DNA from: Felis catus
Taxonomy: Eukaryota
Assembly: GCF_018350175.1 (NCBI RefSeq)
Contig: NC_058383.1
Coordinates: 14,882,001-14,946,000 of the forward strand
Direction: 5' to 3'
Length of the DNA stretch: 64,000 nucleotides
The notes below the pieces were generated by a model, which saw only the letters and a list, made by a program, of their open reading frames with translations, had not been told where the DNA came from and ran no database searches. Both the position numbers and the translations under genes were made by a program. Of the stretch, positions 38,690 through 50,345 are shown piece after piece. Each line of letters begins with the position of its first letter. The first letter of the stretch is position 1.

Positions 38690-39979
38690 CTGGGGAGAAA
38701 TGAAAGAATTTTCGAGCCAGAATTCTATATCCTCCTGAAACCACCTTTCAAAAACTAAGGCAAAAAGAAGACATTTTCAGATACAATAAAGCTAGAGGAG
38801 TTTGTCTCCTAGAGCCCTAAATGCAAATGACACTCGATGGAAACTCCATCTATAGGAACAAAGGAAGAGCACTGGAAATGCAAAATAATCGGGCAAATAA
38901 AAACGTTTACTTTTTTCTTCCCTTAATTAAAAAAATGCTGGCTGACGAAATTTTTATAAAGTAGAATATTGATGAATCCATGATAGAAGTAGATGTCACG
39001 CGCACGACAACATTAGCAAACAGAACAGAGAGAATACAATGTTATACACATGTACTCATAGATGGGTAACATACCGTTTTAATTTAATGGAGGAATTAAA
39101 ATTAAATACCAAAACATATATCCAATTAACCTAAAAGAAGGCAGGAGAGGAGAAACAGACAGAAAAGAGCACATATGGATCAAATTGGAGACAAATAACA
39201 AAAAGGTAGAAAGCAGCCCAATTATACAATAATTACATTTTGTGTAAGTCAATTAAACATTCCAATTAAAAACTAGATTTCCTGACAAGATAAAATGTCA
39301 AGACTCAGCCGTATGCCACATACAAGATACGCGCTTTAAATTAAAAACACAGAGAGGAGGGCAGTAAAAGAAAGAGGAAAGTTTGTATGGCCACATTAAC
39401 ATCAGCAAAAGCTGCCTTTAAAGCCAAACGTATGAACAGAGAGAGAAAGAGACATTTCATAATGCTAACTGAATCGATTCGCCAAGAAGTTACAACAATC
39501 CTCAGATAAATGCATATGCACATAATAACAGGGTTTCCAAACACACGAAGCAAGAATAAACAGAATTAAAGGAAGGACAAGAAAAACCCACATCCCTCAT
39601 TCAGGAATTGATAGCAGAGGTAGGAAGGAAGAAAGGAAGGGGGGAGGAGAGGGAGGAGAGGAGGAAGGGGAGAAGGAAAGAGAGGGAGAAAACAAAGAAA
39701 GAACAAGAGAGAAAATCCACTCAAGGTCAGTAGCCATCACAGTGATTGATGTAAGTTACAATCACAATGGGATATTGGTGTCCGTGCACTGGATTGGCTA
39801 CCATGACCGACAACACCAAATGCTGATGAGGGTGCAAAACAACTGGATCCCTCACAACAGTTGGTGAGCGTGTAAAATGGTGTAACACCTTTGCACAACT
39901 GTTTGACAGTGGCTTATAAAATCGACCATATACCTACCCAGCAATTCTACCTCAGAGTATTTACTCAGGATAAACAAGA

Positions 39980-40028
<49 letters not shown>

Positions 40029-40150
40029 GTGTACAAAAAGTCTTAAAGCCACTTTCTTCATAACATCCCCAAGTGAAAACAACTCGTCCAATATCGAGAG
40101 TGGGTAATCGAATTGCAGTACGCACACAATAGAATACTATTCATCAATTA
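38690..40150 (+). mobile_element. Highly decayed ancient L1 (ORF1/ORF2 relics and 3' part; resumes at about 46100-46330)
   Basis: agaattctatatcc, aagacattttcagata, agaatactattcatcaattaaaa. Confidence 0.65.
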
Positions 40151-40503
40151 AAAAAAAAAAAAAGATGCACCCAAGATCAGAGCACCTATATATATGAAGC
40201 AAGTACTAACAGACTGGAAGGGAGAAAATTGATAACAATGCAATAACAGTATAGGACTTCAATACCCACTTTCAACAATGGATAGATCATCCAGACAGAA
40301 AATCAATAAGGAAACACTGCACTTGAACTACACGTGAGACCAAATAAACCTAACGGACATATACAGAGCATTACACCCACAGCAGCAGAATACACATTCT
40401 TCTCAAGCACACACAGGACATTCTCCAGAACAGATCACATGTTAAGCCACAGAACAAGTTTTAACAAATTTAAGAAGACTGAAATCATATCAAACATCTT
40501 CTC

Positions 40504-40740
40504 TTTTTTTTTTTAATTTTTTAATTTTTTTAACGTTAACTTATATTTGAGAGAGAGACTGTGTGTGTGCACGCAAGAAGGGGAGAGGCAGAGAGAGAGA
40601 GGGACAGACAGAATCCGAAGCAGGCTCCAGGCTCTGAGCTGTCAGCATAGAGCCCAACACAGAGTTCAAACTCACAAGTCAGGAGATCATGACCTAAGCC
40701 AAAGTCAGATGCTTAACCGACTGAGCCACCCAGGTGCCCC
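40504..40740 (-). mobile_element. Can-SINE within L1
   Basis: Reverse head; flanks caaacatctt / caagcatctt. Confidence 0.92.
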
Positions 40741-41002
40741 TCAAGCATCTTTTCTGATAACATGGTCACAAATATGTGGAAATTATACAACACTTTCCTG
40801 AAGAACAAATGTGTCAAGGAAGACATTGAAATGGAAAAAAAAAATCTTGAGACAAACAAAAATGGAAACCTAATATACCAATATACCTATATACCTATAC
40901 CTAATATACCTATATACCTAATATACCTAATATACCAAAACCTATAAGATGCATCAAAAGCAGTACTAAAATAAGGTTTATAGCAATAAATACCTATGTT
41001 GA

Positions 41003-41054
<52 letters not shown>

Positions 41055-41068
41055 GAAAGAAAGAAAGA

Positions 41069-41287
41069 GGGGCGCCTGGGTGGTGCAGTCGGTTAAGCGT
41101 CCGACTTCAGCCAGGTCACGATCTCGCGGTCCGTGAGTTCGAGCCCCGCGTCAGGCTCTGGGCTGATGGCTTGGAGCCTGGAGCCTGTTTCCGATTCTGT
41201 GTCTCCCTCTCTCTCTGCCCCTCCCCCGTTCATGCTCTGTCTCTCTCTGTCCCAAAAATAAATAAACGTTGAAAAAAAAATTTTTTT

Positions 41288-41288
<1 letters not shown>
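41069..41288 (+). mobile_element. Young SINEC_Fc flanked on both sides by (GAAA)n
   Basis: Near-consensus; (GAAA)n at about 41001-41067 and 41289-41338. Confidence 0.95.
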
Positions 41289-41340
<52 letters not shown>

Positions 41341-41347
41341 CGATCTT

Positions 41348-41560
41348 GGGCATCTGGGTGGCTCAGTCAGTTACACTTCCGACTCTTGATTTCAGCTCAG
41401 GTTGTGATCTCAGGGTTTGTTAGCTGAAGCCCCACAGTGCTTCTCTGTGCTGACAGTGCAGAGCCTGCTTGGGGTTCTCTCTCTGTCTCTCTCCCTCTAT
41501 CTCTGCCCCTCCTGCTCTCTTTCTCTCAAAATAAATGAATAAGCTGAAAAAAAGAAAAGA
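41348..41560 (+). mobile_element. Can-SINE (older)
   Basis: gggcatctgggtggctcagtcag head with CT tract and A tail. Confidence 0.9.
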
Positions 41561-42647
41561 AAGATCTCAAATAAACAATCTAACTTTACACATCAAAAAA
41601 CTAAAAAAAAGAAGGTAAAGGTATAAAAGAGTAACAAAGCCCAATAGTAGTACAAAGAGGGAAATAAAGATCAGGGCAGAGGTAAACAAAGTAGAAATTG
41701 GAAAGACAATAGAAAAAAAAATCAATGAAATTAGGAGTTCTTTTGAAAAGAGAAACACTATTGACAAACCTTTAGCTACACTAAGAAAAACAGAAAGAAG
41801 GACTCAAATAAATAAAATAAAAAATCAAAGGACAGACCTTACAATCAGCAAAGGATCATAAGAGACTACATGAACAATCTTCCACCTGCTGATTGGCTAA
41901 CCTAGAAGAGATGGATAAATTCCTAGAAATGATACAACCTATGAAGACTGAATCATGAAGAAATACAATTTTATGATGAGACTAATAATGTGTATGGAGA
42001 TTGAAAGCTTCCCAATAAAGAAAAGTCCAGAAGCAAATACCTTTATGGTGAATTCCACCGAACATTTAAAGAAGAATTAATCACAATGTTTCTCAAACTC
42101 TTGGAAAAAACTGAAGAGGAAGGAACACTTCCAAACCCATTCTTTTGAGGCTAGTGCTAGCCAGACACGGACACTACCCGAATAGAAAATTACAGACCAA
42201 TATCCTGATGAACACATATGTAAAAATCTCTAAGAAACTATTAGCAAACCTCATTCAATAGCACATTGAAAGGATCATACCCCATGACAAAGTGGGATTT
42301 ATCTTGGAGACATAAAGCTGGTTCAACATACACAAATCAATAAATGTGATACCCCACATTAATGATTATCAGAAAGGAAGAAATCAAATTGTCTCTGCAG
42401 ATGACATGATGTTATATATAGACAACCAGAAAGACTCCACCAAAACACTTTTAGAATAAATGAATCGGTAAAGCTGCAGAATACAAAATCAACATACAAA
42501 AATCAGTTGCATTTCTATGTGCTAACGATGAGCTATTGAGAAAAGCAATGAAAAGAATCCCACTTATATTAGCTTCAAAAAGAGTAAAATACTTAGGAAT
42601 GAACATAACCAAGGAGGTGAAAGATCTATACACTTAAAACTATAAAA

Positions 42648-44030
42648 CGAGTGGGACTACATCAGACTAAAACGAGCCTGCCCAGAAAACAAAATGATCA
42701 ACGAAATGAGAAGACAACCCACCAAATGGGAGAAAATATTTGCAAGCCCTACACCTGATAAGGGATGAATCTCCAAAATATATAAAGAGCTCATACAACT
42801 CAACAGCAAAAAAATCAAACAAACTCATTTAGAAATGGGCAGAGGATTGGAAAGGGCATTTTTCCAAGGAAGACGTACAGGTGGCCAACAGGTACCTGAC
42901 AAGGTGCTCAACCTCACTGATCATCAGGGAAATGCAAACTGAAACCACAATGAGGCATCACCTCACGCCTCTTAGAATGACTATTATCAAAAAGATAAAA
43001 AAGTGTCGGCGGGGATGTGGAGAAAAGGCAACCAATGTGGACTATTGGTAATAGTGTTTAACTGGTGCAGTCACTATGGAAAACACTGTTCAGCTTTCTC
43101 AAAAAATTTAAAATCTAACTACCATATGATCCAGCAACTCTTACTTCTGGGTATTTGTCTGAAAAAAAAAGAAAGAAAGAAAACGCTGATTTGTAAAGAT
43201 ATATACAACCCCCATGTTCACTGCAGTATGACTTACAATAGCAAAGATACGGGGGAAAAGCCCAAATTGTCACTGATGGATGATCTGATAAAAGTATGTG
43301 GCATATATGCACCATGGAATATTATTCAGCCACAAGAAAGAAGGAAATCTGCCATTTATGACAATGTGGATGGAACTCGAGGGCATTATGTTAAGTGAAA
43401 TAAGTCAAGAGGGAAAGACAAATACCATAGGATCTCACTTATATGTGGAATCTAAAAACAAACAAAAACAAGCTCATAGATACAGAGAACAGATTGGTGG
43501 CTGGCAGCAGAGGGAGTGAGATGGGGGAAGGGAGTCAAAAGATACAAATTTATAGTTATCAAATAAATAAGTTATGGGGATGTAATGCACAACACGGTGA
43601 CTACAGTTCAAAATACTGGCTTGAGGGGCGCCTGGGTGGCTCAGTCGGTTGAGCGTCCGACCTCAGCTCAGGTCATGATCTCACAGTGTGTGGGTTCGAG
43701 CCCCGCGTCGGGCTCTGTGCTGACAGCTCAGAGCCTGGAGCCTGCTTTGGATTCTGTGTCTCCTTCTCTCTCTGCCCCTCCCCTGCTCATGCTCTGTCTC
43801 TCAAAAATAAATAAATGTTTAAAAAAAAAATTTTTTTTTAAATACTGGCTTGAATATTTGAACGTTGCTAAGGGACTAGACCTTAAAAGTTCTCATCATC
43901 AGAAAAAAATCCTGGGACTATGTATGGTGACAGATGTTAACTAGACTTATTACAGTGATCATTTTGCAATATAGACAAATGTTGAATCACTATGTTGTAC
44001 ACCTGAGACTAATATGTTATACACCAATGT
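42648..44030 (+). mobile_element. Nested 5'-truncated L1 3' end
   Basis: Starts abruptly at gagtgggactacatcagactaaaa and ends at acacctgagactaatatg; the host L1 resumes at about 44033. Confidence 0.78.
43625..43838 (+). mobile_element. Can-SINE
   Basis: TSD aaatactggcttga on both sides. Confidence 0.95.
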
Positions 44031-45710
44031 TTAAAAATCCCATGGAATTTTTCAGAAAAATAGATAAACACTCCTAAAATTCACATGGAACCACAAAAGA
44101 CATCAAATAGCTAAAGCAATCTCAAGTAAGAAAAGCAAAGTTGGAAGCAGAAAACTTGCTGATTTCAAACTATACAACAAAGCTTCAGGGATCAAAACAA
44201 GTAAGGTATTGGTCACACACACACACACACACACACACAGGTCAATGAAAGAGAATAGACTACCCAGAAATAAATGCATGCATATATAGTCAGCTGATTT
44301 TTTTACAAAAGCACCAAAAATAAAGAATGGGAAAAGGATAGTCTCTTCAATACACGGTGCTGGGAATACTGGGTATCCACACGCAAAAGAATGAAACTGG
44401 ACCTTATGCTATACATGAAAATCAACTCAAATCTGATGAAAGAGTTAAATATAAGACCTAAAATCATAAAACTCCTAGAAGAAAACAGGCGAAAAGCTTC
44501 TTGACATTGGTCTTGGCAATGATTTTTTGGATAGGACACCAAAAACGCAGGCGACAAAAGCAAAAATAAATAAGTAGAACTATATTAAACTAAATTAAAC
44601 TATATTAAAGTAAATTAAACTATTAAACTAAATTAAACTATATTAAACTAAATTAAAAGTGTCTACACAGAAAAGAAAACTGTCAACAAAACGGAAAGGC
44701 AATCTACCAAATGGGAGAAAATATTTGCAAACCATATATGTGATAAGAGGTTAGCATCCAGAATGTGTAAGGAACTCTTACAACTCAATAGTAAAAAAAA
44801 AAAAAAAGTAAATAAATAAAAAATAAAGCAAATAGCCCATTAAAAATGGGCAATGACATTTTTCTGAATAAGATACACAAACAGCCAACAATTATATGAG
44901 TAGATGCTCAACACTACTCATCAGGGGAAGGCAAATCTAAACCACAATGAGGTATCACCGCACACCTGTTATAATGTCTATTAGCAAAAGAAAAAGGTAA
45001 CAAATGTTGGCAAGGATATAGAGAGAAGGCGACCCTTGTGCACTGTTGGTGGCAATGCAAATCGGTGCAGCCACTATGGAAAACAGCATGAAGCGTCCTC
45101 AAAAATTTAAAAATAGATCTATCATATAATCCAGCAATCCTACTTTTGAGTGTGTATCTAAAGGCAATGGAATCACTATTTCAAAGAGTTATCTGCACTC
45201 CTACATTCATTGTATCATTGTTCACAACAGTCAAAATATGGGAACAACCCATACTGAAGTATCCATCCGTGGATAAAGAAGTATATATCTACATATATCT
45301 TTATATATAACTATATATAACCATATATAATGTATATAACCATAATAAGTTATTCAGCCACAAAAGGCATATTATTCAGCCACAAAAAGGAGGAAATCCT
45401 GATATTTGTAATAATGTGGACGGACCTTCAGGGCATTATGCTAAGTGAAATAAACCCGACAGAGAAACACTAGTATTGTATGGTATCGTTTACACGTGGA
45501 ATCTAAAGGCAAAGTCAAACACAGAGAAACAGAGAATGAAAGTACTTGCCAGGGGCTGTGGGACGGGGGAAATGACAACATGTTGGTCAAAGAATGCAAA
45601 CTTTCAGTTATAAGATGAATAAGTTCTAAGGACCCAGGGTATATATAGCATGGTGCCTGTAGCCAACAAGGCTGTATTACATATTTGAAATTTGCTAAGA
45701 GAATAGATCT

Positions 45711-45924
45711 TTTTTCAATATTTATGTTGAGATGAAGGGAGAGAGAGAGAGAATGTGTGCATGCGCAAGAGTGGGGGAGGGGCAGACAGAGACAGAGACA
45801 GAGAATCTCAAGCGGGCTCGGCGCTACCAGATCCACGCAGGGCTTGATCGCAGGAACTGTGGGATCATGACCTGAGCTGAAATCAAGAGTCAGAGACTCA
45901 ACCTACTGACCCACCCGACACCCG
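45711..45924 (-). mobile_element. Can-SINE (older)
   Basis: TSD gagaatagatctt / gagagtagatctt. Confidence 0.88.
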
Positions 45925-46329
45925 TGAGAGAGTAGATCTTAAGAGTTCTCACAGGCACACACACGCAAAGGCAACTGTGGGAGGTGATGAACATGTTTGT
46001 TAACCTGATTGCGGTAATCCTTCCATAGGTGTATATCATCACGCTGCACACCCGAAATACACTACAACTTTGTCAGTTACAGCTCAATAGAGCTGGAAAA
46101 ACAAAAGAATCCTGACATACATAACCATACGGTTGGATCTCACAGACATTAGGAAGACAGACACAAAAAGCACATACTATGTGATTCCATTCATACATGA
46201 AGTCCAAAGACAGGCAAAATACGAGTCTGCCATGACAGAATGCTGCACAGTGTTTGCCTATGGGAGGAGAGGACTGAACAGGAAGGCGGGACTGATGGAA
46301 CTCTCTAGGGTGATAGAAATGTTTTAATG

Positions 46330-46781
46330 CAAGTGCCAACAAACAGCAGCCCCCAAGCCAAATCCAGCCTAGCTCTTAATTTTTGTAAATAAAATTTTAT
46401 TATAAACAACCATGCTTACTTGCTTACATATTGTCAGTGGCTGCTTCTGTACTACTAAGACAAATGTGAGTAGCCGCAATAGAGAATATGGGACACAGGG
46501 GTGCCTGGGTGGCTCAGTCGGCTAAGCATCTGACTATAGCTCAGGTCATGATCTCGTGGTTCACGAGTTCGAGCCCGGTGTCAGGCTCTTGTGCTGACAG
46601 CTCGGAGCCTGGAGCCTGCTTGGGATTCTGTGTCTCCCTCTCTCTCGACCCCTCGTCTGCTCATGCTCTGTCTCTCTCTCAAAAAATAAATGAACGTTAA
46701 AAAAAAAAAAAGAATATGGTGCACAAATCCTAACATATTTACTGTCAGGTCCTTTACAGAAAAATGTTTGTTGACCCCTAT
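46330..46781 (+). mobile_element. MER58A-like relic interrupted by a Can-SINE (46498-46710, + strand)
   Basis: gccaaatccagcc, ttttgtaaataaaattttat, aaaaatgtttgttgacccct; SINE TSD agaatatgg. Confidence 0.75.
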
Positions 46782-46811
46782 CCCCTGTGTAACATACAGA
46801 GTAATATAATA

Positions 46812-47264
46812 TAGCAAAATGGGTTGAATTACGTGCCCCCAAAAGATACACTGAAGTCTAACTCCCAGACCTCAGAATGTGACCTTTTTTGGAAATACGG
46901 ACGTGACAGATGTAATTAGTTAAGATGAGATGCTGGGTGTCATTGTAAGAAGATGGCCATGTGCCGGCAGAGACATACGGGGAGAAGGCCATGTGATGAT
47001 GAATATAGAGACTGTAATTATGCAGCTGCAGACCAAAGAATTCCGAAGACTGCTGGAAACCACTAGAAACTAAAAGGAGGCAAGGAAGGATTCTCCCTTA
47101 TACATTTCAGAGGGAGCACAGCCCTGCTAACACCTTGATCTCAGACCTCCAGCTTCCAGAACTGGGAGACAATAAACTTCTGTTGTTTAAGCCCTCTCCT
47201 CCCACCCCCCCCCCACCCCCCGGTTTGTGGTCCTTTGTTACAGCGGCTCTAGGAAATGAATACA
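46812..47264 (+). mobile_element. MaLR LTR (MLT1C/D-like), followed by (GT)n at 47278-47321
   Basis: gggttgaattacgtgcccccaaaaga, cctcagaatgtgacct, cagcggctctaggaaatgaataca. Confidence 0.87.
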
Positions 47265-47275
47265 CATGGTTACAG

Positions 47276-47323
<48 letters not shown>

Positions 47324-47624
47324 AAAACAGTGAATCTATATATATATATATACTCACTAAATATAGTGCTCGCGCTCTCTCTCTCTCAAAAATAAAAATA
47401 AAAACATTTTTTTAAAAAAGCTTTAAAAAAGTATAAGCAAGTAAGAGAAGCCTTACCAAGATAGGAGATTAAAGACCCAGACAGCAAAAAACAGATTCAG
47501 CATGACATCAACCCACCAGAACCTATCGTTTCAAATTTCTTCGAGGCAACTGCCCATAAATTTAGGTCTAAGAAGGATGGCAGAACCCAGAAAGTTACAG
47601 AAACAGATAAGAGTCATCAGATGT

Positions 47625-47852
47625 TTAAAAATGTTTTTATTTATTTTTGAGAGAGACAGAGAGAGAGGGAGGGAGGGAGAGAGTGAGTTGGGGGTGAGGG
47701 GGCAGAGAGAGAGGGAGACCCAGAATCCAAAGCAGGCTCCAGGCTCCGAGCTGTCAGCACAGAGCCCGATGCGGGGCTCGAACTCACAGACCGTGAGATC
47801 ATGACCTGAGCCAAAGTCGGATGCTTAACCGACTGAGCCACCCAGGCGCCCC
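47625..47852 (-). mobile_element. Can-SINE
   Basis: Reverse head ctgagccacccaggcgcccc. Confidence 0.94.
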
Positions 47853-48854
47853 AAGAATCACCAGATTTTTTAAGCGATGTCTAAACAAGATCTTTCGCTG
47901 TAGTGCTCACACTTAAAGCTGTCTGGAAATAAGCAGAACTCCAGCAACGAGGCTGTCTCCCAGTAACAGGTGGAATGCACACCAGATACCATGAAGGAAG
48001 GGCACACAGCATGTCAAGCAGTCACCACTGTGGTCCAGGACAGATCCTTTTAGCTGGTTGACCTAGCAGCCGCTCCTAACCTCCCTTCTCCTTTACCATC
48101 CTTTACTCAGCGAAAAGCTAAACATTCCCTTTTCCAGCCTCACTGGCAGTTCGGGCTGTCTGTCCATGTCTTACCGCTCTGACCAGTAAACACTGGACGA
48201 GAAAGCTTCTGTTCTCAAACACAGAGTCACAGGAGGCGAAGCTGTTGTGCCCTTGTCTTTTCCTTGACGCTGCAGATGTCCGTGTGATGCTAGTAGATGG
48301 CCATCTTGAGACCATATAGCACCAAACATGAGGACAAAAAGCCAACAGCTACTTGTGAGAGGGGAGAAAGCTGAAAAAAGCCTCAAGACTTATGGGCATC
48401 ACTGTGTTGCTTCATCTGCTATAACCTGCCCGTTTTCAGATTTCTTATCAAATGACCAATGATTATCTTTGTGATTTAAGCCACTGTTCATCAACAGTTC
48501 TGTTACTTGCCGTTACTTAACTGATAAAAAGTAACGATTTTATTCCTTCTAACTAAGAGTTCCAGCAGGCAAGAGAGAAAAACGGACCACGGAGGAAGCA
48601 GCAAATGAATTGTAAATAGACCAAGTATTCTTCAAAGGCTATGAGTAGATTTAAGTCTACGTGTGGGCAACCTCAAGCATGAAAATATCAAAATAAAAGT
48701 AAAGCAGTTGGTAATAAAAGGAGGAAGAGGAGAAGGAAAAATAAGAATTGTTAACATTTATTGATGACTTTTGCTAGGCTCTAAGCAATTTACAGGCGTT
48801 GCATTATCAACTCAGATGGGAACTATTGTACCATAACGATTTCAAGAACAACAC

Positions 48855-49108
48855 CCTTGCATTCATTGCAGCATTATTTACAATAGCCAAGATATGAAAG
48901 CAGCCCAAGTGTCCACGATTAGATGAATGAATGAAGAAGATGAAGGGCGCCTGGGGGGCTCAGTCAGTTAAGCATCCAACTCTTGGTTTTGGCTCAGGTC
49001 ATGATCTCACAGTTTGTGGGATCCAGCCCTGCATAGGTCTCTGAGCCAAGAGCACAAAGCCTGCTTGGGATTCTCTCTCTCCCTCTCTTTATGCCCCTCC
49101 CCTACTCA

Positions 49109-49156
<48 letters not shown>

Positions 49157-49171
49157 ATAAATAAGTAAACT

Positions 49172-49217
<46 letters not shown>

Positions 49218-49683
49218 GCATTATAATGGAATATTACTCGGCAATAAAAAAAAAAGAATGAAATCTTGCCATTTCAGAAAAAATGAATGGAACTAGAGGG
49301 TATAATGCTAAGTGAAATAAGCCAGACATAGAAGGACAAATACCATATGATTCTACTTATACGTGGAATCTACAAAAAACAGAACAGAGGAAACAAAACA
49401 ACACAGAAACAGACTCTTAAATGCAGAAAATAATCCAGTGGTTGCTGGAGGGGCGGTGGGTAGGAGGATGGGTGAAGTGAAGGGGATGAAAAGGTACAAC
49501 CTGCAGCTATAAAATAAATAAGTCACCAGGATGTAATGTACAACATTTGGAATATAGTCAATAGTATTATAACAACTTTGTATGGTGACATCATAACTAG
49601 ATGTACTGTGATCACTTACAAATATTGAACCGCTATGTTGCACACCTAAAAGTACTATCATATTGTATGTCAATTACACTTTA
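48855..49683 (+). mobile_element. L1 3' end (carnivore-type) interrupted by a Can-SINE (48945-49175, + strand)
   Basis: cattgcagcattatttacaatagccaag, ggaactagagggtataatgctaagtgaaat, tatgtcaattacact. Confidence 0.88.
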
Positions 49684-50345
49684 AGGAAGGAAGAAAAGAA
49701 GGAAGTTAGGAAGGAAGGAAGGAAGGAAGGAAGGAAGGAAGGAAGGAAGGAAGTTAGGAAGGAAGGAAGGAAGTTAGGAAGGAAGGAAGTTAGGAAGGAA
49801 GGAAGGAAGGAAGGAAGGAAGGAAGTTAGGAAGGAAGGAAGGAAGGAAGGAAGGAAGGAAGGAAGGGAGGGAGGGAGGGAGGGAGGGAGGAAGGAAGGAA
49901 GGAGGGAAGGGAGGGAGGGAGGAAGGAAGGAAGGAAGGAAGGAAGGAAGGAAGGAAGGAAGGAAGTTAGGAAGGAAGGAAGGAAGGAAGGAAGGAAGGAA
50001 GGAAGGAAGTTAGGAAGGAAGGAAGGAAGGAAGGAAGGAAGGAAGGAAGGAAGGGAGGGAGGAAGGAAGGAAGGAAGGAAGGAAGTTAGGAAGGAAGGAA
50101 GGAAGGAAGTTAGGAAGGAAGGAAGGAAGGAAGTTAGGAAGGAAGGAAGGAAGGAAGGAAGGAAGGAAGGAAGGAAGGAAGTTAGGAAGGAAGGAAGGAA
50201 GGAAGGAAGGAAGGAAGGAAGGAAGGGAGGGAGGGAGGAAGTTAGGAAGGAAGGAAGTTGGAAGGAAGGAAGGAAGGAAGGAAGGAAGGAAGGAAGGAAG
50301 GGAGGGAGGGAGGGAGGAAGAAAGGAAGGGAGGGAGGAAGGAAAG
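49684..50345. repeat. About 660-bp (GGAA)n/(GGGA)n purine array with recurrent GGAAGTTA variant units
   Basis: Seen directly; abuts the L1 3' end. Confidence 0.97.

Larger units (their letters stand above)
40163..46098 (+). mobile_element. Degenerate L1 (ORF2 through 3'UTR) containing a nested L1 and five SINEs
   Basis: Endonuclease-region relic (ORF 40334: AAEYTFFSSTHRTFSRTDHML), RT-region relic ctgcagatgacatgat (ADDM-like), 3'UTR ending ctcaatagagctggaaaa. Confidence 0.88.

Noticed and set aside
40163..46098. Functional L1 ORF2
   Set aside because: Fragmented by stops, frameshifts, deletions and nested insertions.
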